Positions 25,520-37,724 of a DNA stretch of 64,000 bases are shown piece after piece. Made by a program: the position numbers and the translations under genes. The stretch is from Chrysemys picta bellii (taxonomy: Eukaryota). The notes under the pieces are model-generated. The model had not been told where the DNA came from and did not search any database. It saw only the letters and a list, made by a program, of their open reading frames with translations. Numbering within the stretch: the stretch's first letter is position 1; each line of letters opens with the position of its first letter. Location: the NCBI RefSeq assembly GCF_011386835.1, contig NC_088791.1:183148001-183212000 (forward strand), given 5' to 3'.

Positions 25520-26906
25520 AAGTGGAAACGTGGACAGATGACTAGGGAGGAGTATAAAAATATTGGTCGAGCATGCAGGGGTGTAATCAGGAAGGCCAAA
25601 GCACAACTGGAGTTGCAGTTAGCAAGGGATGTGAAGGGTAACAAGAAGGGTTTCTACAGGTATGTTAGCAACAAGAAGAAGGTCAGAGAAAGTGTGGCAC
25701 CCTTCCTCAATGTGGGAGGCAATTTAGTGATAGATGATGTGGAAAAAGCTGAACTACTCAATGCTTTTTTTGCCTTGGTCTTCACAGACAAGGTCAGCTC
25801 CCAGACTGCTGCGCTGGACAGCACAGTATGGGGAGGAGGTGAGCAGCCCTCACTGGTGAAAGAACAGGTTAAGGACTATTTAGAAAAGCTGAACATTCAC
25901 AAGTCCATGGGGCCAGGTCTAATGCAGCCGCGGGTGCTGAGGGAGTTGGCTGATGTGACTGCAGAGCCATTGGCCATTATCTTTGAAAACTCTTGGCGAT
26001 TGAGGGAGGTGGAAAAGGCAAATATAGGGCTCATCCTTAAAAATGGAAAGTAGGAGAATCCAGGGAACTACAGACCAGTCAGCCTCACCTCAGTCCCTGG
26101 AAAAATCATGGAGCAGATCCTCAAGGAAACCATTTTGAAGCACTTGGATGATGATCAGGAACAGTCAACATGGATTCACCAAGAGCAAGTTATGCCTGAC
26201 CAACCTGATTGCCATCTACAATGAGATAACTGACTCTGAGGATATGGGGAAAGTGGTGGAGGTGATATATTTTTGACTTTAGCAAAGCTTTTGATACGGT
26301 CTCTCACAGTATTCTTGCTAGCAAGTAAAAAAAGAATGGATTGGATGAATGGACTATAAGGTCGATAGAAAGCTGGCTAAATGGTTGGTCTCAACAGGTA
26401 GCGATCAATGTCTCGATGTCTAGTTGGCAGCTGGTATCAAGTGGAGTGTCCCAGGGGTCGGTCCTCGGTCCGGTTTTGTTCAGCATCTTCATTGATGATC
26501 TGGATGATGGGATGGATTGCACCCTCAGCAAGTTTGTGGATGACACTAAGCTGGGGGAGAGATAGGGTCCAGAGTGACCTAGACACGTTGGAGGATTGGG
26601 CCAAAGGAAATCTGAGGTTCAACAAGGACAAATGCAGAGTCCTGCACTTAGGACAGAAGAATCCCATGCACTGCTGCAGGGTGGGAACCGACTTGCTAAG
26701 CAGAAGTTCTGCAGAAAATGACCTGGGGATTACAGTTGACGGGAAGCTGGATATGAATCAGTGTGCCCTTCTTGCTAAGAAGGCTAACAGCATATTGGGC
26801 TGCATTAGTAGAAGCGCTGCCAGCAGATTGAGGGAAGTGATTATTTCTCTCTATTTGGCACTGGTGAGGCCACATCTGGAGTATTGCATCGAGTTTTGGG
26901 CCCCTA
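25520..26906 (+). mobile_element. CR1 LINE ORF2 fragment (5'- and 3'-truncated, disrupted)
   Basis: Translations include [48 protein letters not shown] and FNKDKCRVLHLG, with frameshifts and stops. Confidence 0.95.
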
Positions 26907-27240
26907 TCCACAACCACTACACATTCCTGCATCACTTTGTCTAAAACTATACCAACTACATTTTTCTTCTTCAACATGCCATACTATAGTAAGTTTTAGC
27001 CTTTCCCAGTATCTTGTGCCTTTGCTGCCTCCTGTTTAGTTTCTTGAACGCAGGCAATCTGTACTTTCCTTTTCTTCAGTGTCTGAGCCAGATCTGCACT
27101 TTTTCCAGATAATGTCCCTATATTCCAAGCTACACATCTTATTTTCTGGACCTTCTTCTTTAACCCCCTGTGTCCAGAATGCACAACCAGAGCACTATGC
27201 TTTCTTCCAGGGAACACCCCAGTTCCATATAGGGTGTTTA
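26907..27240 (-). mobile_element. RTE-clade LINE 5' remnant (AP endonuclease N-terminus)
   Basis: Translates IRCVAWNIGTLSGKSADLAQTLKKRKVQIACVQETK...KKNVVGIVLDK, typical RTE endonuclease motifs (WNVGTL, CVQETKW, NGVGI). Confidence 0.8.
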
Positions 27241-27644
27241 AAGGCCACATTATTGTGTTTCTTTGGCAAAGTTTTATAGCATGCTGCCAGCCTGATGCCA
27301 ACCTCCCTTCTTTTTTAATTTGGTTTGGGACTGGCTGCAGTGGAGTTTGTTCTCAATTCTGCAAGTCACCGAATGAAAGCACTCTATCAGCAACTCTGCC
27401 TCTCTTTTAACTAATAAAATGGTCTCTATTAGCGCTAAAGAAGTAGACAATACAGATGTCCATTTAAAAATTGTTGGAGGGGGGAGGGTGTTTTCTGTTG
27501 CCACAGAGGACAGGGCAAGAGGCAATAGGTTCAAATGATGGCATTCTAACCCTATGTTTCTACTTCTTATGTTATATATTTTAGACTTAGAGCTAATGAC
27601 CAAAACTTTTTCTAAGCGACTAACGACTTTTGGATACCCACTAA

Positions 27645-27755
27645 ATGGGACCTGATTTAGAGAGGGCAAGTGTTTGGCATTTTCTGAAAATGAGATATCT
27701 TTAAGGTGTGTCAAATTGGGCATACAAAATCAGCAGTGTCTCTTGAAAACCTTAA
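27645..27755. repeat. Ancient unclassified interspersed repeat
   Basis: Motif ttttctgaaaat...ctttaaggtgt.tcaa.ttgggca recurs at ~59095-59250 (reverse) and ~62085-62215. Confidence 0.5.
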
Positions 27756-29159
27756 CCTCTACTCATGGACTTTGCTCTCCTCCATGAAGCAAGCAGAGAA
27801 GGAAAAGGCCGCTAGAGAACTCCTCTTTTATCAAGGGGGAAAATCCAATAGCATAGAACTATAAAAGAGACGTCTATACTACTCACCCATACACGAGACC
27901 AGTGTCAACATAGAGGGCAAGCAAAGGCAAAGCTTCCTAAATCCCCTCTCCTCTACCCCACATGCCCTCTGCCCTTTTTACTCCTTTTCACTGTTGGAAG
28001 CCATGGTAACTTGTGGTAACCTTCAGGCTGCTCTTATGCTTGTGCTCTAGGTGGTACGGAGCTGTCCAGGACAAGGGAATGCAAAGGTGAGCTTTCACTG
28101 CATTTGCACTCCCTAGTCTGTATTCGGTGCTGTTTGCTTGTAGCCAAAGCTCTGCATAGGAGGGAGGATAGAAATCTCTTGTACAGTTCTTGAGAGCACT
28201 GTAAAAATATTAGCTAATTAATAAATTAGGGTAGCGGGAAGTTACTCATGTATTAGCTTGACTTTAAAATTCATTTCCTACGAGTGTTCATATGAGCAAA
28301 ATCATCACTCAGCTTGCAAAAAGTGAAGACAAGAGCATGGAAGCATGGCTGAAACTCATTTATTTTTAAAGTCACATAATCAAGGAGTTGAGGACAGTGA
28401 GTTTTAAACTTGAATTAATACATGTGATACTGAACGGGGTACTGCTTGGCACAGCAGGCAGACAAAGTTCCTAGAGACCACCCTAGCCTCCATTCTTTTT
28501 TTCTTGGACCACAAATGCCATTACATGGTGACCTGATTAGGTGAGAGAATTACATATAGTAAATGCTGTAAAACGGACAGGATACCTAAAAAAACATCCC
28601 ATCAGAGCCTTAATGAAGAGGTTATCAAGCCAGAAAAGCAGCTTACAGCACCATTTTTGCCTAGGACTGTTCATGCACCTGCAGTTATTTAGGGTGAATG
28701 TGACAAGAGAATATTAAACTTTCTGCACTGAAATAATAAATTGTTCTTTGGTATATAGAATAATGATTAGCTGAAGAGTGTGTGGGAGGGGAATCAATCA
28801 GTTGTATTCAATCCCAATTCTGGTTCTGTACCCGCTCTTTTAAATTATGAAGTTTCCCCGAGACATTTTAAGCCATGGTAGTGTCTTCAAAGTCTCCTCC
28901 TGATTAAAAGAATGTCACTCAACTAATTAGGTAATAGAAACATTACTATATGATCTGTCACAACTAACCAGTTTTGAGTATCTGGTATTACATACATATT
29001 TTAAACAAATAAAGAAAATATCTAAAAAGTTCAAGTGCATTTGAATAGTGAATAATTTAAGGAAATTGTCATCTGTTTGTAGACATTCTGTGAGCAGGAA
29101 GACCAGTGAATTATTCAACTAGCTCTGATTAATACTCAAAATGTTCTTTTGTGAGCTAA

Positions 29160-29220
29160 CTAACAAGTATCCCCATTTTAGTGACAGAATCTGAGTTACA
29201 GAGAGTCAGATTCATGGTCT
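29160..29220 (-). mobile_element. MIR/CORE-SINE-like fragment
   Basis: atccccatttta...ctgagttacagagag is the reverse-strand core motif. Confidence 0.45.
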
Positions 29221-29743
29221 GCAGAAGTGAATGCACCACTGTTGACACTGCATAAACTAAAGTAAACTCTGTTAAACTGTAAATTGGAACCAGAGTGCAG
29301 CACTACCTAGTCCAAGGCAAGTGGTGTCCAGTCCCTATTAGATTATGTGGTTTTAAATACCTTGTAAATGCATGTGGATTATACTTTATGATTTGTGACT
29401 TTGCCTCAAACTATCAAACAGTTCCAGAAATAATTGAATTTGTTAATGAATATATTGGAGTATGTTTGTTGTTTCTACCTGTCTTGGGAGAAGGTGGGGG
29501 GAATCTTCAAGTTCAAAGTTAAACTGGTATCTTCAGAGTATCAGACTTTGAGGTTTAGATTTCCTCATAATTACATTAAATCTGTTCTCAAAAACTGACA
29601 AAATTAAGTTTGATTTGTTTAGATGAAGCCATTTTTATCATTGATCTGGGTCAGATTCATATAAAAGTTTAGGTAATACTTCATTATATGAAATCATTTT
29701 TTCTATGCATAATAACCAATCATAAATACTGCAGTAAACAAAT

Positions 29744-30152
29744 GGGGCTAGCCCCTTAGCTGGTGGAAATTGGCATAACTCCATTGACTCAATTTACAGC
29801 GGCTGAGGGTCTAGTCCAGGGGTCGGCAACGTTTGGCTCTCCAGGGTAAGCACCTTGGCGGGCCGGGCCAGTTTATTTACCTGCTGACGCAGCAGGTTCG
29901 GCCGATCGCGGCCCCCATTGGCCGCGGTTCGCCGTCCCGGGCCAATGGGGGCGGCAAGAAGCAGCACGGGCGAGCAATGTGCTGGCCGCGGCTTCTTGCA
30001 GCTCCCATTGGCCCGGGACGGCAAACCGCGGGCAGTGGGGGCCGCGATCGGCCGAACCTGCCACGTCAGCAGGTAAATAAACTGGCCCGGCCCGCCAGGG
30101 TGTTTACCCTGGTGAGCCGCGTGCCGAACGTTGCCGACCCCTGGTCTAGCCC
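29744..30152. mobile_element. Small old palindromic MITE split by family A hAT MITE
   Basis: Ends gggctagccccttagctg / cggctgagggtctagccc are near reverse complements, with an internal ccattgactcaat motif. A related element lies at ~61915-61990. Confidence 0.55.
29817..30143. mobile_element. Palindromic hAT MITE, family A copy 3
   Basis: Same TIR and body, TSD GTCTAGTC/GTCTAGCC. Confidence 0.95.
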
Positions 30153-30260
30153 ATAGTTTAGTAGAGACTTGGGTTTTGAGGTGGGGGAGGGGTGGGATAA
30201 GCTGCCAAAAATACTTATGTAAAAAATAATAAAGTTTTGCCCAAGTGAGGTACAACTGAA

Positions 30261-30690
30261 CAGGGTGGATAAAAAAATCAATGTTTAAAAAAGAATACAT
30301 AAAAAGTGGCTTTTTATTTAAATTAAATTCATGTTTATTTGTTAAAAAATTAACTTATTTGAAATTATGACCTCCTGTGTTAAGGCCTAAATTTACCATA
30401 ATCTACTGAATCATTGAAATTAAATAAATAAAACAAATATTAAGCAGTAGATGTTTCTGCTGAAGTCAGACCACTGAACTGCTGGAAGTTATTGGCAAGT
30501 ACATGGAATCAGAGTTTGTTGAAGTGGTAAACTGATTTTTGACAGCAGTAGCCTCTAATGCATGTGCAAAAGAGTATTTTCTTCATTTAGTTCATATAAA
30601 TAGTTCAGTTCAATCATTAGTTGATTCAGTGTTGAGACACCAGTTGGGAGTTGAAAAAGCAAGTAACAGGAAAGCTATTCTGATGTGGGT
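30261..30690 (+). mobile_element. hAT deletion derivative with hATC remnant (related to 16757-17809)
   Basis: Starts cagggtggataaaa. Contains acagcagtagcctct (TAVAS) and ttgagacaccagttgggagttgaaaaagca (LRHQLGVEKA), homologous to the minus strand of 17380-17580. Confidence 0.65.
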
Positions 30691-30734
30691 CTCCCTAAAG
30701 CTCTGCTGTTGAAGTTGCTACAGTGGAGATGATG

Positions 30735-30817
30735 ATGAAACAGGGGTTGGAACAGAGAGACTGGACTAGCATCTCCCAGGTGGGTGCCACTGGATTACAG
30801 AATCATTCTCGTGCTCT

Positions 30818-30853
<36 letters not shown>

Positions 30854-31100
30854 CCTAGTGACTAGTTTATGTATTTATTTACAGCAGAACAGTCATGGAG
30901 CCATAGACAGTGAGATTGAGAATGACTTTGTATGCTTAGGGGTTAGGGCACCCACCTGGAAAGTGAGAGATCCTGTGTCTGGTCCAGCCCCCTGCTCCAA
31001 TCACTTTCTTTATTTATCCAAACTGGAACAGCTACAATAGGAGAGACTGAGGGAGCCCCGACATCTGAATAGCCCATAGCACAGTGGTTAGGGCACTCTC
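30735..31100. repeat. tRNA-like multi-head repeat with (CT)n microsatellite
   Basis: Several degenerate tRNA-head units (agtggttagggcactctc; gttagggcacccacctgg) in both orientations, and a (CT)n tract at ~30825-30850. Confidence 0.45.
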
Positions 31101-31101
31101 T

Positions 31102-33695
31102 ATAAAAAGGAGTCATATAAAAAATGGAAACTAGGACAGATTACAAAGGATGAATATAGGCAAACAACACAGGAATGCAGGGGCAAGATTAGAAAGGCAA
31201 AGGCACAAAATGAGCTCAAACAAGCTACAGGAATAAAGGGAAACAAGAAGACTTTTTATCAATGCATTAGAAGCAAGAGGAAGACCAAAGACAGGGTAGG
31301 CCCACTGCTCAGTGAAGAGAGAGAAACAGTAACAGGAAACTTGGAAATGGCAGAGATGCTTAATGACTTCTTTGTTTCGGTCTTCACTGAGAAGTCTGAA
31401 GGAATGCCTAACATAGTGAATGCTAATGGGAAGGGGGTAGGTTTAGCAGATAAAATAAAAAAGAACAAGTTAAAAATCACTTAGAAAAGTTAGATGCCTG
31501 CAAGTCACCAGGGCCTGATGAAATGCATCCTAGAATACTCAAGGAGCTAACAGAGGAGGTATCTGAGCCTCTAGCTATTATCTTTGGAAAATCATGGGAG
31601 ACGGGAGAGATTCCAGAAGACTGAAGAAGGGCAAATATAGTGCCCATCTATAAAAAGGGAAATAAAAACAACCCAGGAAACTACAGACCAAATAGTTTAA
31701 CTTCTGTGCCAGGGAAGATAATGGAGCAAGTAATTAAGGAAATCATCTGCAAATACTTGGAAGGTGATAGGGAGTAGCCAGCATGGATTTGTAAAGAACA
31801 AATCGTGTCAAACCAATCTGATAGCTTTCTTTGATAGGATAACTAGTCTTGTGGATAAAGGAGAAGCTGTGGATGTGGTATACCTAGACTTTAGTAAGGC
31901 ATTTGATACGGTCTAGCATGATATTCTTATTGATAAACTAGGCAAATACAATTTAGATGGGGCTACTATAAGGTGGGTGCATAACTGGCTGGACAACCGT
32001 ACTCAGAGAGTTGTTATTAATGGTTCCCAATCCTGCTGGAAAGGCATAACAAGGGGGTTCTGCAGGGGTCTGTTTTGGGACTGGCTCTGTTCAATATCTT
32101 CATTAACGACTTAGATATTGGCATAGAAAGTACGCTTATTAAGTTTGCGGATGATACCAAACTGGGAGGGATTGCAACTGCTTTGGAGGACAGGGTCATA
32201 ATTCAAAATGATCTGGACAAATTGGAGAAATGGTCTGAGTTAAACAGGATGAAGTTTAACAAAGACAAATGCAAAGTGCTCCACTTCGGATGAAAAAATC
32301 AGTTTCACACATACAGAATGGGAAGAGTCTGTCTAGGAAGGAGTACGGCAGAAAGGGATCTAGGGGTTATAGTGGACCACGAGCTAAATATGAGTCAACA
32401 GTGTGATGCGGTTGCAAAAAAGCAAACATGATTTTGGGATGTATTAACAGGTGTGTTGTGAGCAAGACACGAGAAGTCATTCTTCCGCTCTACTCTGCTC
32501 TGGTTAGGCCTCAGCTGGAGTATTGTGTCCAGTTCTGGGCACCGCATTTCAAGAAAGATGTGGAGAAATTGGAGAGGGTCCAGAGAAAAGCAACAAGAAT
32601 GATTAAAGGTCTTGAGAACATGATCTATGAAGGAAGGCTGAAAGAACTGGGTTTGTTTAGTTTGGAAAAAAAGAGTGAGAGGGGACATAATAGCAGTTTT
32701 CAGGTATCTAAAAGGGTGTCATAAGTGTGCTCTTGTTGAGTCAACAGTGTGCTCTTGTTGCCAAGAAGGCTAACGGCATTTTGGGCTGTATAAGTAGGGG
32801 CATTGCCAGCAGATCGAGGAACGTGATCGTTCCCCTTTATTCGACATTGGTGAGGCCTCATCTGGAATACTGTGTCCAGTTTTGGGCCCCACACTACAAG
32901 AAGGATGTGGAAAAATTGGAAAGAGTCCAGCGGAGGGCAACAAAAATGATTAGGGGTCTGGAGCATATGACTTATGAGGAGAGGCTGAGAGAACTGGGAT
33001 TGTTTAGTCTCCAGAAGAGAAGAATGAGGGGGGATTTGATAGCAGCCTTCAACTACCTGAAGGGGGGTTCCAAAGAGGATGGAGCTCGGCTGTTCTCAGT
33101 GGTGGCAGATGACAGAACAAGGAGCAATGGTCTCAAGTTGTGGTGGGGGAAGTCCAGGTTGGATATCAGGAAAAACTATTTCACTAGGAGGGTGGTGAAA
33201 CACTGGAATGCGTTACCTAGGGAGGTGGTGGAGTCTCCTTCCTTGGAGGTTTTTAAGGCCCGGCTTGACAAAGCCCTGGCTGGGATGATTTAGCTGGGAA
33301 TTGGTCCTGCTTTGAGCAGGGGGTTGGACTAGATGACCTCTTGAGGTCCCTTCCAACTCTGATATTCTATGATTCTATGATTCTATAAGGAGGAGGAAGA
33401 AAACTTGTTCACCTTAGCCTCTAAGGATAGAACAAGAAGCAATGGGCTTAAACTGCAGCAAGGGAGGTCTAGGTTGGACATTAGGAAAAAGTTACTAACT
33501 GTCAGGGTGATTAAACACTGGAATAAATTGCCTAGGGAGGCTGTGGAATCTCCATGTCTGGAGATATTTAAGAGTAGGTTAGATAAATGTCTATCAGGGA
33601 TGGTCTAGACAGTATTTGGTCCTGCCATGCGGGCAGGGGACTGGACTCAATGACCTCTCGAGTTGCCTTCCAGTCCTAGAATCTATGAATCTATG
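31102..33695 (+). mobile_element. CR1 LINE (5'-truncated, RT region disrupted), interrupted by a second CR1
   Basis: ORF2 motifs [19 protein letters not shown] and FADDTKL, with premature stops. Ends in a gaatctat repeat tail. Confidence 0.95.
32726..33384 (+). mobile_element. Younger CR1 3' portion nested within CR1
   Basis: Open 188-aa C-terminal ORF (32727-33293), (gattctat)n tail, ATAAG duplicated at both junctions. Confidence 0.92.
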
Positions 33696-33699
33696 GTGA

Positions 33700-34160
33700 G
33701 GTGAGAGGATTTGAACAGGGGTCTTTCTCCCCCTTTGGCAGAGATGGGAGGGGAGGGTTAAACCTTGGTCTCTCACATCCCAAGTGAATGCTCTAATCAC
33801 TTGTCAAAAAATTATAAGATGGGCAGCAGCACCTGCTCCTTAGGTTAGATTTTGAATGGCCTCTGAGCACACCTACTGTTTTGGGCCCCACATGCAACTT
33901 AGATGGCTGGATGTCTATCTTCCCACCCCACCCATTTGTTAATTGGTCTGGGGTTAGGTGTGAGATAGGCACTGGGAGGCAGCAGTGTGCATGATGAAAG
34001 GAAGAAACTTACAAAATTGTTACCCTGAAAATTTAGGTGCTGAATACTTTTAGGTGCTTACACGGTTTGGCAGGAGTTTTGTGGATTGAAGTGGAGTCAA
34101 ACCTGGGATTTAAGTGCCTAAATTTAGACATCTGAGTTTGAGGTTTGTGGATCTGGGCCA
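33700..34160 (-). repeat. Old tRNA-head-containing repeat
   Basis: Reverse tRNA-like B-box segments (gaggatttgaacaggggtc; ttaaaccttggtctctcac) and ttaggtgc/gtgcctaa motifs. Confidence 0.4.
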
Positions 34161-34269
34161 TGGTGCCTAGAAACAATCAATTACATTCACTAACCACAGG
34201 TACTATTTCCTTTGTTTTAAATGGAAAATGTTTTGATAAACTTATTTTTTTTTCTTGTCCAGCATATTT

Positions 34270-34800
34270 TAATAGGGTGGCCTTCCTTGTCAATTGCCAT
34301 ACCCAGCCGAAAAGGAAGTAAGTGATTATAAAAGCCAGTAAGAGGTTTAATTGAGGGAGAAAAACCAGAAGCTGCAGCAGAGAGAAGTCAGGTTAGGCCT
34401 TACATCTTCTCCAGTGGCTCAGAGAGCAGGAAAAGACAGTACTTCAGGTAGGAAGGACTGAAACTGGGACTAGTCTGAGAACAGGGTGAAAAAGGTTCCT
34501 CACTAGGAACCTGTGTGAATCTGCACAGCCCGAAGAAGGAGGACTGTGACATTCCTTGGTGAGGAGAGATGGTGGAAAACTACAGACAACAGATCATCAG
34601 GGAGGACCTGGGACACCTGAAGTCTGGTTGGAAGAAACGTTAGTTTAAGTCTGGGTGGAAAAAAACTTTGTTTATTTGGCCTTAAAGTAGAACACCAGCA
34701 GTGGAATTGTGTTATACCTTTTGGACTCTGTGCAGTTCTTAAGGGGTCTTGAGGGAAGAAGAAACTGAGGCAGGGGGATGCAGAGTGGTGCCCCATACCA
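34270..34800 (+). mobile_element. Putative solo LTR
   Basis: TATA-like tataaaag, purine-rich R-like region and 3' gaaactgaggcaggg motif seen in turtle LTRs. Termini and TSD unresolved. Confidence 0.4.
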
Positions 34801-35643
34801 TTCTATGCCTTTTACATACCTCCATATGTTTCCCTCTGTCTTAATCCACATCTTGGCAGCTTGTTTGAATTGTTAACATTTTTTAAATATATATTTTTTT
34901 CAACGATATAAGTGATTATTTTCTTGTTTGTTTTTACATAAATCAGAAATATGTTAATGTTATATTAACTCTTCATTTTAAAGTCATGATATGGGACAAA
35001 CCAACCATGGAACTGGACACACAGACATTATAGTTCTCTTAGCTTCAGAAAGGTGTCCTGCCAGTTGATCACTGTCTGTAAGATGACATTGTCATATTGC
35101 TTAGGAACTGATCCTGCCCTCAGTAAGTCAGAGGAAGCGGGATTAGACCCTTATGAGCTAACCTCATCAATCCTTCCAGATTCCGTAGAACTGACACTCC
35201 TCTGCTATGTGAGGGTGCAACTTCAGGACCTCATGTAGGGGGTGACAGTACTTTTACATATGCTGAGGCCAGCTCTGTGAGGGCTTTGTGTGGTGGTCAC
35301 ATGCAGCAGCTCTTCTGGGCAGACAGAGTGTGTGGGGGGGAAAGGGAAGGGACGGGGGGGAGGAAAGGGGGGAAAGAACAGAAGAAAGTTGTGGGGAACA
35401 AGTGAATCTGTTTCTGTATAAATCTGCCAGTTGTTGTCCCCTGCAGAGTGGCAGGGACAACATAAGGTATTTTAGCACTATAGATGTTTGTATGGGTGCT
35501 CTCTCCTGGGGGTTCAACCAAAGGAGGGCAGTCTCACATTGCATCTGGGGCCACAAGGGCCTAGCTGGAAGAGGCGTCCGAAAAGATACATCAACTCAGG
35601 TCACCCCCTTGTTGCCCTGATTGAGCATCCCTCCCATGCCAGC

Positions 35644-35891
35644 CAGGGCCGGCTCCAGGGTTTTGGCTGCCCCAAGCAGCCAAAACCAAAAAAAAAAAAA
35701 AAGCCACGATCGCGATCTAAAAAAAGCCGCGATCGCGATCTGCGGCGGCAATTCAGCGGGAGGTCCTTCACTCCCAGGCGGAGTGACGGACCCTCCGCCG
35801 AATTGCCGCCGAATACCTGGAACTGCCGCCCGTGTCCGGAACGGCCGCCCCAAGCACCTGCTTGAGAAGCTGGTGCCTGGAGCTGGCCCTG
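35644..35891. mobile_element. hAT MITE (CAGGGCCGGCTCCAG family)
   Basis: TIRs as at 4522, perfect TSD ATGCCAGC. Confidence 0.92.
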
Positions 35892-36911
35892 ATGCCAGCA
35901 TTGATTACTTAAGGCTGATTTAACCAGAGCCAATCCTAATGTTGGAAAGTAGGTGAGGACGCTTTGAGTGCCTGCAGACTCCTCCAGATGGTTTCACTAA
36001 GTGCTTCCTGTCTGAAGTTTTATGATTTTGGTTTATTTCTCATAGTTCTAATAAATCCTTCAAACCACTGTTTCCTTTTAGTTTTAAATAACACTTGTGT
36101 TGTATTTCAAAAGTTACTTATACTGTATTATATTATAGTTCATGAGTCTTTTCTAATGTGCCTAAAACTTATTTTACATTACAACTACAGGACACAGTGA
36201 CATATGGCTTGTAATTTATTTGAAAAGTAAACTTTATTCAATTCTGTACCTCCCAGTTTGTACCAACTGATAAGCCAAGTAACCTGTGGGGAGAGGAGAG
36301 GTAGTAGATCCTTACTGTGATAGTCTGTATATAAACCCATTAAAATCAATATAGTAAAAATGAGTACAATTTTTAAAGGCAAACCAACCACAGTGGTCTT
36401 CACAGGGGAGAGTGAACCCTTATTTCTTTGTATTTTGTGTGTTCAACCTTGTAAAACTCCTGGTATTCTGGGTGGGAATTTTTGCAGCTTTGCACCCTTG
36501 ACTCACATTGGTGAGCACTTACATGTGTGCTCCTGTAAACTTTGGCTTCAGTGCAGCTACTTGTGTCAATAATTGCTTACCAATGTGAGTAAATAGTTCA
36601 TGATTGGGTGCTATTTCTGGCCTCCTCCATGCCCCCTCTGAATTCTTTGGGTCATAGCATAAAGGGAATTTTTGTTTCCATAAAACTATCATGCAGAGCA
36701 CATGTTTACCAACAGTCACCATATCAGAGTGTACTTAACAATGGCGGCAATTTTTCAAGTTGAAAGTTAAATTGGTATCTTCACAGGATCAGACTTCAGA
36801 TGTTATTTAAAGAGGAATTACTAATTTGTTTACTGAACAGGAAACCACTGTGCCATCTCAGATACTGTGACATAATAAATCTTGGTTTATTTATATATTT
36901 TTTATAAAAAC

Positions 36912-37098
36912 GAGTCCAGTGGTACCTTAAAGACTAACAGATTTATTTGGGCATAAACTTTCATGGGTAAAATACCTCACTTCTTTGAGGTTTTTTACCC
37001 ATGAAAGCTTATGCCCAAATAAATCTGTTAGTTTTTAAGGTGCCACTGGACTCCTTGTTGTTTTTGTGGATACAAACTAACATGGCTACCCCCTGATA
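36912..37098 (+). mobile_element. Penelope-like terminus with inverted 5' copy (hairpin 36912-37053)
   Basis: About 68-bp arms around a cttctt loop, ends ggctaccccctgatact. Hammerhead core mostly deleted. Confidence 0.8.
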
Positions 37099-37164
37099 CT
37101 TATACATTTTTGTAAAGCAACAGAGGGTCCTGAGGCACCTTTAAGACTAACAGAAGTATTGGGA

Positions 37165-37205
37165 GCATAAGCTTTCGTGGGTAAGAACCTCACTTCTTCA
37201 GATGC
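37165..37205 (-). ncRNA. Minimal hammerhead ribozyme motif (mirror copy)
   Basis: Exact reverse complement of 37684-37724. Confidence 0.65.
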
Positions 37206-37683
37206 AAGTAATGGAAATCTCCAGAGGCAGGTATAAATCAGTATGGAGATAACGAGGTTAGTTCAATCAGGGAGGGTGAGGTGCTCTGCTAGCAGCTGAG
37301 GTGTGAACACCAAGGGAGGAGAAACTGCTTCTGTAGTTGGATAGCCATTCACAGTCTTTGTTTAATCCTGATCTGATGGTGTCAAATTTGCAAATGAACT
37401 GGAGCTCAGCAGTTTCTCTTTGGAGTCTGGTGCCATCTTACAGCAAAAGAACTCAGGACCAGACTCCAAAGAGAAACTGCTGAGCTCCAGTTCATTTGCA
37501 AATTTGACACCATCAGATCAGGATTAAACAAAGACTGTGAATGGCTTTCCAACTACAGAAGCAGTTTCTCCTCCCTTGGTGTTCACACCTCAGCTGCTAG
37601 CAGAGCACCTCACCCTCCCTGATTGAACTAACCTCGTTATCTCCATACTGATTTATACCTGCCTCTGGAGATTTCCATTACTT

Positions 37684-37724
37684 GCATCTGAAGAAGTGAG
37701 GTTCTTACCCACGAAAGCTTATGC
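37684..37724 (+). ncRNA. Minimal type-I hammerhead ribozyme motif, core intact
   Basis: GCAT CTGAAGA A GTGAGGT tctt ACCCAC GAAA GCTT ATGC: 4-bp stem I, 6-bp stem II with a bulged A, palindromic AGCU stem III. Confidence 0.65.
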
